A stretch of 64,000 nt of DNA from Candidatus Parcubacteria bacterium (GTDB lineage: Bacteria > Patescibacteriota > Minisyncoccia > Phycocordibacterales > UBA12088): contig RFKD01000051.1 in the NCBI GenBank assembly GCA_003694545.1, positions 4,505 to 68,504 of the forward strand, read 5' to 3'. Numbering within the stretch: the stretch's first letter is position 1; each line of letters begins with the position of its first letter. Both the position numbers and the translations under genes were made by a program. The notes beneath the pieces are model-generated. The model worked only from the letters and a program-made list of their open reading frames with translations, did no database searches and had not been told where the DNA came from. Positions 29,719 through 39,197 of this stretch are shown here, one piece after another.

Positions 29719-31967
29719 ATATGATCACTCGCGTAATAAAAATTAAAAACTGTGCGTCATTTGTTGATTTTGTACCGGGTGCCGACCTGCCGGCATTTAG
29801 GAAATACAACTTAATTTACGGATGGAATGGATCGGGTAAAACCAATTTTTCACGAGTATTACGTTCTTTTGAATTACGGGAAAATTATTATGCTGACTTG
29901 AATAATCCAACAGAATTTGAATTTCAACTTGATAATGGTACAGCAATAAGTCAACAAGATTTAACGGTTTTCCCAAATATTCGAGTGTTTAACAAGGATT
30001 TTATCAATGAGAGCGTTTTTTGTACCGGCGGACCAAAGCCGATTTTCTTTCTGAGTAAAGAAAGTAAGGAAGACCAAGAAAAAATCATGCAACTAGGGAA
30101 TCAATTACGGAAATTGAGAGAAGATTTAGATTTTAAAAGAGCACTCCTTGATAAAGCTAAAATAAGAAAAGAAAAAATGCTTTCTGATAAAGCGCGTGAT
30201 ATTAAAACCGCTCTCACAACATCTCGTAGTGATAAGTACAGAAATTATGAACGGCCAAATCTAGAAAAAGCAATTCAGGACAACGTGAATGAACTTAAAA
30301 GCAATGTCGATAAATATAAATTGGCAGGGGATAGAGTTGCCATTCTCCAAAAGACAATACAACAAACGACTAAGCCAAAAGTTGAATCTTTGGCATTCCC
30401 AGATTTTGATATTTCTGAAACTGTAAGTGAGGTAAAAAAAGTTTTACAGACTACTGTTACTTCTCATATTATTGAGAGTCTTAAATTGGATGAGATGCTG
30501 AATAAGTGGGTAGAGCATGGGCTTTCTATTCACAAGGAAAGAGGGCTGAAAAATTGCGCTTTTTGTAATCAAGTAATCCCGCATCATAGATTTTCGGAAC
30601 TAGAACAACACTTTAACGATGATTACCAAAGGCTTATTGAGGAGCTGAGTAGCTTAAAGCAAACACTTGAAGGTAAAAAAATTTCAATTTCTTTTCCAGA
30701 CGCTTCAAGTTTTTATGACGATTTAATAGAAGAGTATTTAAACGCCAAAAAAGAAGCTGAAGAAATAGTTAAGAAATTTAATCAAAACATAGATTCTCTT
30801 ATTTCTGCTCTTGTGCAGAAGGAGCAAAGGCCATTTTCAAAAGTAGATTTAGAAGAATGGAAACAAGTTGAAATAAGGCCATTTGAAAATATAAACATTA
30901 TTATTTCAAAGCATAACGAAAGGTCAGACAATTTTGATAAACAAATAGATGAAAGTAAACACATTTTAGAGATGCACTATATTGCAGATTTTATCCATTC
31001 TTATTTTGAACAGATGGATGAAATAGAAAAACTAGAGAAAGAAGTTTCGGAATTAGAGAATGAAATAAAAACTAACGAGACGAAAGAAAACGAGTTAAAA
31101 AACTCACTCATAAGTCATCGCATTCCCGCTAATCGGATTAACGAAGACTTGAAGCATTTTTTGGGACGTGATGATATTCGCCTAGTTGCTACCGATAAGG
31201 AGGAAGGTTATCAGATTTTCCGTAACGGAACGCTTGCAAAAGATTTAAGCGAGGCCGAAAAAACTGCATTGGCGCTCGTATATTTTCTGACAAAAATACA
31301 CGAGAAAGGGTTTGACTTGAAAAATGGTGTGATTGTTATGGATGATCCGGTTTCAAGCTTTGATTCTAATTCAATTTTTCAAGCATTTGGGTTTATCAAA
31401 GAGTCAATCAAAGAGGCAAAACAGATTTTTATTTTGACACATCACTTTGACTTTTTTAGACAAGTGAAAAATTGGTTTTCGTATTACAAGGAAGATGAAC
31501 GAGAATTCTTTATGATGGTATGCGGCAAAGAAGATTCAGTGAGAAAGTCCCGAATTGCAACAATCGACAAATTACTGATTGGCTATGAATCCGAATACCA
31601 CTTTTTGTTTAGCATTTTGTACAGATTTGCGAAAAATAATGAAGTACAATTGGAAAACGCATATCCAATTCCAAATATTGCGCGTAAATTTCTTGAGAGT
31701 TTTTTGGCTTTCAGAGTACCTGTTTTAGCAAACGGACGACAAAAAGAGCCGAACTTGTACCATAGATTGGAAAAAATTGATTTTGATAAAAAAAAGAAGG
31801 AACGTATTCTCCGGTTTATTGAAACTCACTCCCATCCGCGATACGAGTCTGGAGTACAAGATTTTGACATGACTATTTTGGGAGAGACGAAAGAAATCGT
31901 GAATGATTTACTTGCTTTAGTAGAGCACGAAGACAAAAAACACTTTGAATTTTTAGTGAAAAGTTAG
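29715..31967 (+). CDS. rloC: RloC-like anticodon nuclease (ABC ATPase, zinc-hook coiled coil, HEPN)
   Basis: YGWNGSGKT, CAFC hook, LSEAEK, DDPVSSFD, LTHH, PNIARKFLESFL and RFIETHSH (RxxxxxxH). Confidence 0.82.
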   Translation: MNMITRVIKIKNCASFVDFVPGADLPAFRKYNLIYGWNGSGKTNFSRVLRSFELRENYYADLNNPTEFEFQLDNGTAISQQDLTVFPNIRVFNKDFINESVFCTGGPKPIFFLSKESKEDQEKIMQLGNQLRKLREDLDFKRALLDKAKIRKEKMLSDKARDIKTALTTSRSDKYRNYERPNLEKAIQDNVNELKSNVDKYKLAGDRVAILQKTIQQTTKPKVESLAFPDFDISETVSEVKKVLQTTVTSHIIESLKLDEMLNKWVEHGLSIHKERGLKNCAFCNQVIPHHRFSELEQHFNDDYQRLIEELSSLKQTLEGKKISISFPDASSFYDDLIEEYLNAKKEAEEIVKKFNQNIDSLISALVQKEQRPFSKVDLEEWKQVEIRPFENINIIISKHNERSDNFDKQIDESKHILEMHYIADFIHSYFEQMDEIEKLEKEVSELENEIKTNETKENELKNSLISHRIPANRINEDLKHFLGRDDIRLVATDKEEGYQIFRNGTLAKDLSEAEKTALALVYFLTKIHEKGFDLKNGVIVMDDPVSSFDSNSIFQAFGFIKESIKEAKQIFILTHHFDFFRQVKNWFSYYKEDEREFFMMVCGKEDSVRKSRIATIDKLLIGYESEYHFLFSILYRFAKNNEVQLENAYPIPNIARKFLESFLAFRVPVLANGRQKEPNLYHRLEKIDFDKKKKERILRFIETHSHPRYESGVQDFDMTILGETKEIVNDLLALVEHEDKKHFEFLVKS

Positions 31968-32030
31968 TGGAAAGTGTTACCCAACTCGTTTGAGAATCTT
32001 TTTAAGAGTTTCTGTTGTCTCCCGAAAACC

Positions 32031-32305
32031 CGGGCGAAGCCCGAAGGCGAGTGGGCAAAAAGAAAAGGGGGAATGGGGGAAATGAATTTTTGCCTGCTCG
32101 CCAATACCGCGCCGCAGGCGCGGCAGGGGTGGGAAGCGGCTCGTCTCTGCTCAAGCCAGAGAAACAAAGCCCGCAAAGCGCGTTTCCTTAATTGAAAAAG
32201 AGTTTTGCGCGCGCCCGTTAAAAGAAAAAGAAATTGTTGCGTGCTTTACTTGCCGCCGTCAGGCGGCGAGCCGCTGGGCGGGTTCTGCGCCCGTCAGGGC
32301 GCAGA
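32031..32305 (+). repeat. Cluster of short GC-rich hairpins at the island right end
   Basis: CGGGC-GAA-GCCCG (32031-32043), CCGCGCC-GCA-GGCGCGG (32107-32123), and GTCA-loop hairpins at 32249-32270 and 32284-32305. Confidence 0.7.
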
Positions 32306-32416
32306 TTGTCGCTCAAAGAAAGTTCGAGCGGCGTTCAGTAATTGCGACTAAGGGAATGAAAGAGAGGTGTTGCAAGTATTGCTTTATTCACTCTTCACAA
32401 CAGGGGGGTCAAACGG

Positions 32417-32560
32417 TTGCGGAGCAAGAAACTACGCTGGGAAAAAGAACCGCAACGATTGTTTGAGGCTAACCTTGAGGAACTCCTAGACATCTTTTTG
32501 GCATCCGAATTTTGCACGAGCTTCGGTGCAAGAATTGACACCCTCGGGAGAGAAAAAATG
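32417..32560 (+). pseudogene. N-terminal remnant of a NucS-like PD-(D/E)xK nuclease
   Basis: EKEPQRLFEANLEELLDIFLASEFCTSFGARIDTLG resembles the start of NucS/DUF91-type proteins, then similarity is lost. Confidence 0.45.
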
Positions 32561-32686
32561 GCGCGCCGGTGCTCATGGGAGACCTACCACTGCTTCAAAC
32601 GAATCTTGCATTTCTTACAAAATCCAGAACCACGCGAGCTAGCAAAGTCCACATTGCGCGATGTGGCGGTGTGGTACAGTTGCGGC

Positions 32687-33868
32687 ATGCTCCATGTGTG
32701 GTGGCAAGACGACTTACCCCAACGCGAGGGATCGTTGGTGCGGAGGATTCTGTCGCTCGCGGCGGGGGGCGAAATTATTTCGTTTGCCGGCGGGTTGCCG
32801 AACGCGAAGCATTTTCCCGTGCAGGAAGTGGGGGAGGTGCTTGCCGCGATTTCGCAAGAGCCGCCCTTGATGCGCCTTGCCTTGCAGTATGGGGAAACCG
32901 ACGGCTACTATCCTTTGCGGGAAATTATTGCTGAAAGCTACGCGCGCAAAGACAATTTACCTATTAAGCCAGAACAGGTTGGAATTACCACTGGCTCTCA
33001 GCAGGCAATTGATCTTCTCTCGCGCGTTTTGCCGCGCGGGAGCGTTGTCGCGGTTGAGCGTCCCACCTATCTCGCGGCGCTCTCGGCGCTGCGCTTGGGG
33101 GAGCACGATTTTGTGGAGGTAGTGCTTGAAGAAGAAGGGCCCGAGGTTGGCTCGCTGCCGGAACGCGCTGCTGCCTTCTATGCTGTTCCTAACTTTCAAA
33201 ATCCTTCTGGTATCACGTGGAGCAACGCGCGGCGCGAGGCGATCGCCAGGTGGGCCCACGAACGAGGGGCGCTTTTGGTAGAGGACGATCCGTATGGCGA
33301 AATCCGCTTTCGCGGCGATCGCCAGCGGCCGCTTGCGGCGTTTGCTCCGAAGCACACACTCTTGCTCGGCTCCTTTTCAAAAATTCTCGCGCCGGGGATG
33401 CGGGTGGGGTGGTTTGTGGCGCCGGAAGGGGGTGGGCGCCTCTTTGAGGAAATGCGCTTCGTGAAGGAATCCGCCGATTTGCACACGAGCACCTTCGCGC
33501 AAGTGGTGATTGCCGAGTACTATCGCCGCGGCTTCGCGCAAGCGCACATTGAGGCTGTGGCGCGCGCGTATGGCAAGCGGGCGGCGCTGATGCGCGAACT
33601 GTTCCATGAGCTTCTTCCCGAGGTGCGCACGACGGACCCGGAAGGAGGTATGTTCCTCTGGGCGGTCCTGCCGGAAGGGATGGATGCGCGCGAACTGTTT
33701 ACCATCGCACTAGAAGAAGGGGTGGCGTTCGTTCCGGGGGATGTCTTTTACGCTTCCGCGCCCGAGAGGCGCACGCTACGGATCAATTTTACGGCGGAGG
33801 ATGAAGGAGGCATTGAGGAGGGGGTGCGTCGTCTTGCGCGCGCGTACGCGCGCTGTCTGCGGCGGTAG
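32687..33868 (+). CDS. PLP-dependent class I/II aminotransferase (LysN/ARO8-like)
   Basis: ISFAGGLP, TTGSQQAIDL, PNFQNPSG, EDDPYG, GSFSKILAPGMRVGW, PEGGMFLW. Confidence 0.93.
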   Translation: MLHVWWQDDLPQREGSLVRRILSLAAGGEIISFAGGLPNAKHFPVQEVGEVLAAISQEPPLMRLALQYGETDGYYPLREIIAESYARKDNLPIKPEQVGITTGSQQAIDLLSRVLPRGSVVAVERPTYLAALSALRLGEHDFVEVVLEEEGPEVGSLPERAAAFYAVPNFQNPSGITWSNARREAIARWAHERGALLVEDDPYGEIRFRGDRQRPLAAFAPKHTLLLGSFSKILAPGMRVGWFVAPEGGGRLFEEMRFVKESADLHTSTFAQVVIAEYYRRGFAQAHIEAVARAYGKRAALMRELFHELLPEVRTTDPEGGMFLWAVLPEGMDARELFTIALEEGVAFVPGDVFYASAPERRTLRINFTAEDEGGIEEGVRRLARAYARCLRR

Positions 33869-34003
33869 CGCGTTGGCGCGTCACGCATACGTCTTTTTCA
33901 GCAAAACATGGCAGAGGCGAAGAGGAGCGTAACGCGTAAGTATATCGAGGTTTGCGGTATTTTGCTGGTTGCGGTGTAAGGTGTTATAACATACCTACCT
34001 GTT

Positions 34004-34402
34004 ATGGAGCAGAAACCAACTTTGCGCCTTCCAGCAGGCGAAGTGGCCTATTGGCGCGCCCGACAATTGAGCAAAGCCGCTGGCGATCACTCGTGCCCGC
34101 TGTGTCGCTCGCCGTCTCTCCGCGAGTTTTCTTTCTGGCGCCTTATTCTCAACGATTTCCCCTACGACAAGATAGCCCGCACGCACCATATGCTCATTCC
34201 CAAGCGGTGCGTGCCCCAAGAAGCGCTGACTTCACAAGAATCCGCCGAACTTGAGGACATCAAAAAGCAGCTCGCTGAAAACTACCATTACTATATCGAA
34301 GCAACACCGCAACAGCGCTCTGTTCCTGGGCACTACCATTTACACTGCGTTGAGCTTGGAGGCCCTTGTTCACAACCTGATCATAACCCGGAGCGCGAGT
34401 AG
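34004..34402 (+). CDS. HIT-like small protein
   Basis: CPLC, NDFPYD, HHMLIPKR, SVPGHYHLH histidine triad. Confidence 0.75.
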   Translation: MEQKPTLRLPAGEVAYWRARQLSKAAGDHSCPLCRSPSLREFSFWRLILNDFPYDKIARTHHMLIPKRCVPQEALTSQESAELEDIKKQLAENYHYYIEATPQQRSVPGHYHLHCVELGGPCSQPDHNPERE

Positions 34403-34474
34403 CATAATTGAGTAACATAATATTGCCGCTCTGCGCTTCGTGAAGTTTGGGCCGCTTTCAGTTATTTGTTGCGT

Positions 34475-35413
34475 ATGATCCGCCTTGCCTATCAAACCCT
34501 GCGCGACACCCGCCTCAGAACGCTGGACCACGATAGCCTTCGGGCTGGAGCTTGGGTGTACGCCGTCTGTCCTTCTGAAGAAGAGATTGCGTGGCTCAAG
34601 GAGCGTTGCGGTTTGGACGAGGATTTTGCGCGCGACGCGCTCGATCCGTTTGAAATGCCTCGCTATGAGGTATACGACGGCGTTGTATATTTTTTCTTGC
34701 GGTTTCCGCTTGAGAGGGAAGGAGAAAACATTACTGCGCCTGCCCTGCTTGCCGTCACGCCAGAATATGTTGTTACGCTTGCCCAAGAGCGAATTCCCGC
34801 GTGGGAAGCGCTTTTTGCCGACTCAACCACTATTGTGAGCGAAGTTCCCACGACCCAGCGCACGAAATTCTTTCTCTATCTTTTGCGGCGCGTGGTTGAC
34901 GCCTACACGGCTTCGCTGAACCATATGCAACGGCAAGTGCAACGCTACCGCACACACCCCCGCCATCTCACCGAGCGAACCATAGATATTTTTGTGCATT
35001 ATGAAAACACGCTCAACGAGTTTTTAAGCGCGCTTGTGCCAATGAGCGCCGGCATTGACCAGTTGTTGCGCAAAGCAGGGGTTCCGCTGTTTGAGGAGGA
35101 TGTTGATTTTGTTGAGGACCTCCAGCTTGCCGTCGGGCAACTGTTGGAGCGATGCCGTGCCGTCTTGAAGACAACGCAAAACATCCGCAATGCCTTCAGC
35201 GCGATTGCCACCAATCGCCTCAACCTTATCGTGAAGCGCTTGACGACGCTCACGGTTATCCTTGCGATTCTTACGGTAGTCACCTCGCTGTGGGGAATGA
35301 ATGTCCCCGTACCGTTTGCGGAGCATCCGCGGGGGTTTTGGATTGTCCTTGCGTTGGCGATGGCCATTGCAGGAGGGGTAGGGTGGTGGTTTGCGAAAAT
35401 TAGGTGGTTGTAG
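34475..35413 (+). CDS. corA: CorA family Mg2+ transporter
   Basis: NRLNLIVKRLT and the WGMNV signature between two C-terminal TM helices. Confidence 0.92.
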   Translation: MIRLAYQTLRDTRLRTLDHDSLRAGAWVYAVCPSEEEIAWLKERCGLDEDFARDALDPFEMPRYEVYDGVVYFFLRFPLEREGENITAPALLAVTPEYVVTLAQERIPAWEALFADSTTIVSEVPTTQRTKFFLYLLRRVVDAYTASLNHMQRQVQRYRTHPRHLTERTIDIFVHYENTLNEFLSALVPMSAGIDQLLRKAGVPLFEEDVDFVEDLQLAVGQLLERCRAVLKTTQNIRNAFSAIATNRLNLIVKRLTTLTVILAILTVVTSLWGMNVPVPFAEHPRGFWIVLALAMAIAGGVGWWFAKIRWL

Positions 35414-35507
35414 AAGATGGAGAAGGTAGGGGGCGAAGGCGGTGCTCTCGAGGTGTACAAAAACGTTTTGCGTGAGCTTTTCAAGGTGTTGTGCTACAAA
35501 TGCTACC

Positions 35508-36284
35508 ATGCTAATTCATATTTGGCGTATCCGCACATACAATGGCGTTATCGCGGAAGTTGCGCCCCCTGCGCGGCGCGGGGCGCGAGGGCTGGTGGTG
35601 CTTGCGCCCGGCTGCCCCTCGGTTCCCTGTGCCAAGGAGGCGCTCATGTTTCTCGTGCGCGAGGGATTTTGGGGCGCCTATGTGCGCTATGGAGGGAGCT
35701 GGGAAAGCGAGGGGGCGTTTCTCGAGCGAGAACCCACGGATGATGTACTCGCGGTTGCCGCGGCACTGCGAAAAGGGGCGCGTGATGCGTGGAGTCGCGA
35801 AGTTGTGCGCGTGGACAATAACTTGCCGCTCTTTGTTGTTGGTGGCAGTTTTGGGGGGCCGGCCGCCTTGTTTGCCTCCGGTCGCACGGAAGTTGCCCGC
35901 GCTGTGGCGCTCTCCCCCGTGGTTGATTGGCGGGCGACACAGCGCGGCGTTGAACCCCCGCGCGAATGGCTGCGATTGTTGCGCGAGGGGTTTGGCGGAG
36001 CGTATCGGGATATTCATCAAGCGCACCTCCGCGCTCTTTCGCGCAATAGATGGTACACACCAGTTGGGGAGCCGGAGCGCGTTGATCCACGGAAAGTGCT
36101 CGTGATTCACGCGCAGGACGACCCTGTTGTGCCTTTTGAGGAAGTTGCCGCGTTCGCGCGGAAGCAGCTTATTGCGCTCACGCTCTATCGGCGCGGGGGG
36201 CATTTTGGGGTGAGTGATATCGCGCGCAACGCGCGCCTGTGGGCGCGCGTTGCGCGCTTCCTTGCAAGAACGGAGCACCCATGA
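35508..36284 (+). CDS. Alpha/beta hydrolase (S9-like)
   Basis: RYGGSWESEG, GGSFGG nucleophile, HAQDD, GGH. Confidence 0.85.
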   Translation: MLIHIWRIRTYNGVIAEVAPPARRGARGLVVLAPGCPSVPCAKEALMFLVREGFWGAYVRYGGSWESEGAFLEREPTDDVLAVAAALRKGARDAWSREVVRVDNNLPLFVVGGSFGGPAALFASGRTEVARAVALSPVVDWRATQRGVEPPREWLRLLREGFGGAYRDIHQAHLRALSRNRWYTPVGEPERVDPRKVLVIHAQDDPVVPFEEVAAFARKQLIALTLYRRGGHFGVSDIARNARLWARVARFLARTEHP

Positions 36285-36317
36285 AGTTTTCTTGCCAATT
36301 TGCTACTATAGCGAGGT

Positions 36318-37127
36318 ATGCACGTCACCATCATCAACGACTCGTCAGACGCGAATGCTGCCGGCCGCCAGCTTACCCGCGCGGGTGTGCTTATTAAAGA
36401 AGCATCGCTCGCGTTTGTTGGTGTTCCGGCGTTTTCTGACCTTGCGGCAGCAGGTAACCTTGTTGACGCTTTGGACGCGGCAATGGGGGAGTCAGCCGCG
36501 ATCATCGTTAATGTCGCGCCGCGGCACACGCCGCAAGCGCGCAAGCAAAAGAACGGCACCCCGTTTTGCTACTTTTTTGTTGGCGGCACACTCGTGATTT
36601 CCACGATGGAAGGTTTTACGCTTTCACTCGTAAAGAAGGTTGGCGCCTTGCGCGAAAGCACCATTCATCTTCTCGATGTGGAGCAAGTCGCGCAGGATCT
36701 CAACGCGAAAGGTAAACTCACCGCTGTTGAAGCGGCTTGGGTGAGCAACACGCAGTTTCGCAGTTATGAATTTGCGCCCCGCCTTGCTGCACGCCTTTTA
36801 GAAGGATACGAACCGCCGTCGCATTCGCTATCTGCCGATGATGTCCCCGACGCGCCGCTTGCCGTGTGGTGGATTGATAATTTTGGCAACCTCAAAACCA
36901 CTGCGCTTCCGGAAGATATCGATTTTACTCCGGGCGCAGAAATAGAAACCGCGCTTGGCACCCTGCGGTGCTATGAACAGCTGGCGCATGTGCCGCCCGG
37001 AGAGCTCGCGTGCGTGGTGGGGAGCTCCGGCTATGGAGAGCTGCGTTTCGTGGAGATTGTCGCGCAGGGCGAACGTGCTGCTGCCCTCTTAGACGGGCAC
37101 ATTGGGCAGGTATTACGTAACAGGTAG
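36318..37127 (+). CDS. SAM hydroxide adenosyltransferase (DUF62 / chlorinase-fluorinase) family
   Basis: IINDS, VNVAPR, TQFRS, WIDNFGNLKT, GSSGYG...EIV..G..AA. Confidence 0.8.
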   Translation: MHVTIINDSSDANAAGRQLTRAGVLIKEASLAFVGVPAFSDLAAAGNLVDALDAAMGESAAIIVNVAPRHTPQARKQKNGTPFCYFFVGGTLVISTMEGFTLSLVKKVGALRESTIHLLDVEQVAQDLNAKGKLTAVEAAWVSNTQFRSYEFAPRLAARLLEGYEPPSHSLSADDVPDAPLAVWWIDNFGNLKTTALPEDIDFTPGAEIETALGTLRCYEQLAHVPPGELACVVGSSGYGELRFVEIVAQGERAAALLDGHIGQVLRNR

Positions 37128-37173
37128 TAAACCGCAGTTTTGGATCGCGTGTTCGGCCACATCACCTCCTTGG

Positions 37174-37917
37174 CTAAGCAACACGAACAAGCTTCTGTTG
37201 TAACTCCGCGAGGGCGCGATACCACGCTGTTACCTGCTCATCTTCACGCACCGTTTTTACTCCTCCTTCCTCGGAGGAGTCGGAAAAGGGGGTGTCGGAT
37301 TCGCTGGTAAGGTTGCGTGCAACATTTAAAAACTCCCCGTGCACCGCTCGCCAGAAGTTCGCGATGGCCTCTAAAAGAAGTGTGGCGTAATTGACATAGT
37401 TCGCTTGCGGTTCAAAAAACCTGTGGCGCTCTAAAAGTTGGACGGCTTCGTGAGTGGCTTCCTTTACCTGGGCGAGCCTCTCCCCCACCTTACGTAAGGC
37501 ATCATCCCACCCCGCCTCTCCTGTTTGCAATTTTTGAAGCGAATCGCTGAGGTTACTGATTGCGTTTGAGAGGGATTCCAAGACCGTTCTGAGTTCTGCG
37601 GGGATGGAATCCTGCGCAGGGTTGCGTGTGAGTGCCTCAAAATTGGCAAGGGCGCGCCCGAGTGGCGCGAAAGGATTCAGAAGAGCCTGTAGTTGTTTTA
37701 CGCTGCCCAATTCGCGATTGCGCGCGTTCCCAACAAACACCCCCCACACCTTTTCTTTGAGCATTTCATTGGGGGTGGAAGCGAGGATGTTGAAAAAGTC
37801 GCGATATGCGCGGAGCGCCTCTTGAGATGCGTAAGTTTCCACCACCCGCTTCCACAGCCTTGCCTCTGCCTTAAGAGCGCCCCACACTTGGTCTAGTTCG
37901 GAAGGTTTACGCTCCAT
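37174..37917 (-). CDS. Orphan helical hypothetical protein
   Basis: ATG 37917 just downstream of the aminopeptidase stop; amphipathic helical composition. Confidence 0.65.
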   Translation of the reverse strand: MERKPSELDQVWGALKAEARLWKRVVETYASQEALRAYRDFFNILASTPNEMLKEKVWGVFVGNARNRELGSVKQLQALLNPFAPLGRALANFEALTRNPAQDSIPAELRTVLESLSNAISNLSDSLQKLQTGEAGWDDALRKVGERLAQVKEATHEAVQLLERHRFFEPQANYVNYATLLLEAIANFWRAVHGEFLNVARNLTSESDTPFSDSSEEGGVKTVREDEQVTAWYRALAELQQKLVRVA

Positions 37918-37937
37918 ATGTCGCAGGATCACGCGCG

Positions 37938-39197
37938 CTACACCACAAACTCGCCGTCGGCGTAAAGGAGGAGGGTGCCGCCTTGTTTCAGGTGCGCCGT
38001 AACCCGACGGCGAGTGGTGGAAATGATGTCGGTGTGGACCGCCGAGTCGTTGTAGCCAAGTCGCTGCCACTCTTCTTCAGAAACCTCTGCGGGGTTGCCG
38101 TCGTGCGCGTCGCGATAGGCTTTACCGAGCGCGATATGCATGTTGCCCCAGCGGCCACCCACATTCTCGTCGTAGAGTGTGTTTGCCATAAACTTCGTGA
38201 TGCGGGAGAGGCGCCGATCTGTGAGAGAAAATTCGCCGACCTTATCGGCGTTCGCCACCTTCAGCATCGCTTTAAGGTGCGCCTCGTTCGTGCGGGAGCG
38301 CGCTTTCACCACCCGCCCTTTTTCAAACCACAACTCAATCCCTTCGATTTTAACCCCTTGGCGATATAGCGGCTGGTTAAAGCGAATCCACCCTTCCGTC
38401 CCGCGCCAATCAGGGGAAGTGAATACCTCAAACGAGGGGATATTGCGGCCAGAACCGCCAAGCCAGCTCCGTTTTTCGCCGGGCACGATCTTGAGGCGCA
38501 CATCGAGCCCCTCCACCATCAGGTGGTCGACGACGGGGGTGAGCTTGTTGAGCTTGCGGACCACGTGGTCGATTTGGCGCTGAACGGCCCGCCAGCGCGC
38601 AACAGGATCCGCCTCGTCAAGAAAGCAAGCGCGAATAATTTGCCGCCAGTATTCCTTCAGAGACATTCCCGCCTCCTTGGCATAGCCTTCCGTGCCATAC
38701 AGCGCAAGGGTCCAGGTGAGCTTGCCTTCGAGTTCTTTTTGCGTGCGCCAGTCCATAAAAATCTTGCGGGCGGTTTGCGCGCGCATAATCTTCTTAGGGT
38801 CAATCCCTTCCAGCTCGCGCGGGTCGTCTTCTCCCAAGAGGTAGATGTAGTGGGTCATTTCGTCAACGAGGCCGCGGAAGTAGCGTTTGGGGGTCCAATC
38901 GAGCTGGTGCGGCTTCGCAAGCTCGAAAAAATCGCGAGAAAACTGCCAGCGATCCCAACTCTCGGGTATAAAGTTGGAAATCACATTGCCACCCGCTTTG
39001 AGAATTTCGCGGCGCACCGCCAAAAATAGCGGCTTGGTTGCCTCCGCGCCCACCAAATACACCACTTCTCCCTTGCGGATTCCCTTGCCGCCCCACAGCG
39101 CAAAGCGCACCAACACCTGCGCGTAGCGCTCAAGGACGCGGCAGGGAGGGGTGTAAGAGGTTGCGGTGGTTTGTGGTTGTTGTGAAGAGGGACTCAT
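37938..39197 (-). CDS. M29 family aminopeptidase (AmpS/AmpT-like)
   Basis: NIPSFEVFTSP, VGEFSL, TLYDEN, HIALGKAY, NDSAVHTD. Confidence 0.93.
   Translation of the reverse strand: MSPSSQQPQTTATSYTPPCRVLERYAQVLVRFALWGGKGIRKGEVVYLVGAEATKPLFLAVRREILKAGGNVISNFIPESWDRWQFSRDFFELAKPHQLDWTPKRYFRGLVDEMTHYIYLLGEDDPRELEGIDPKKIMRAQTARKIFMDWRTQKELEGKLTWTLALYGTEGYAKEAGMSLKEYWRQIIRACFLDEADPVARWRAVQRQIDHVVRKLNKLTPVVDHLMVEGLDVRLKIVPGEKRSWLGGSGRNIPSFEVFTSPDWRGTEGWIRFNQPLYRQGVKIEGIELWFEKGRVVKARSRTNEAHLKAMLKVANADKVGEFSLTDRRLSRITKFMANTLYDENVGGRWGNMHIALGKAYRDAHDGNPAEVSEEEWQRLGYNDSAVHTDIISTTRRRVTAHLKQGGTLLLYADGEFVV

Larger units (their letters stand above)
22364..32560. mobile_element. AT-rich defence island integrated at tRNA-Pro (right border approximate)
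   Basis: Abrupt composition shift right after tRNA-Pro; recombinase remnant, HTH, helicase, RM enzyme and RloC; backbone composition resumes near 32.65 kb. Confidence 0.8.

Noticed and set aside
22340-32650. attR duplicate of the tRNA-Pro 3' end
   Set aside because: No copy found by eye near the right border, so the island end is approximate.
32417-32686. N-terminal 90 aa of ORF 32417-33868 as a real fusion to the aminotransferase
   Set aside because: An extended -10 box lies 6 nt before ATG 32687, and the upstream part looks like an unrelated nuclease remnant.
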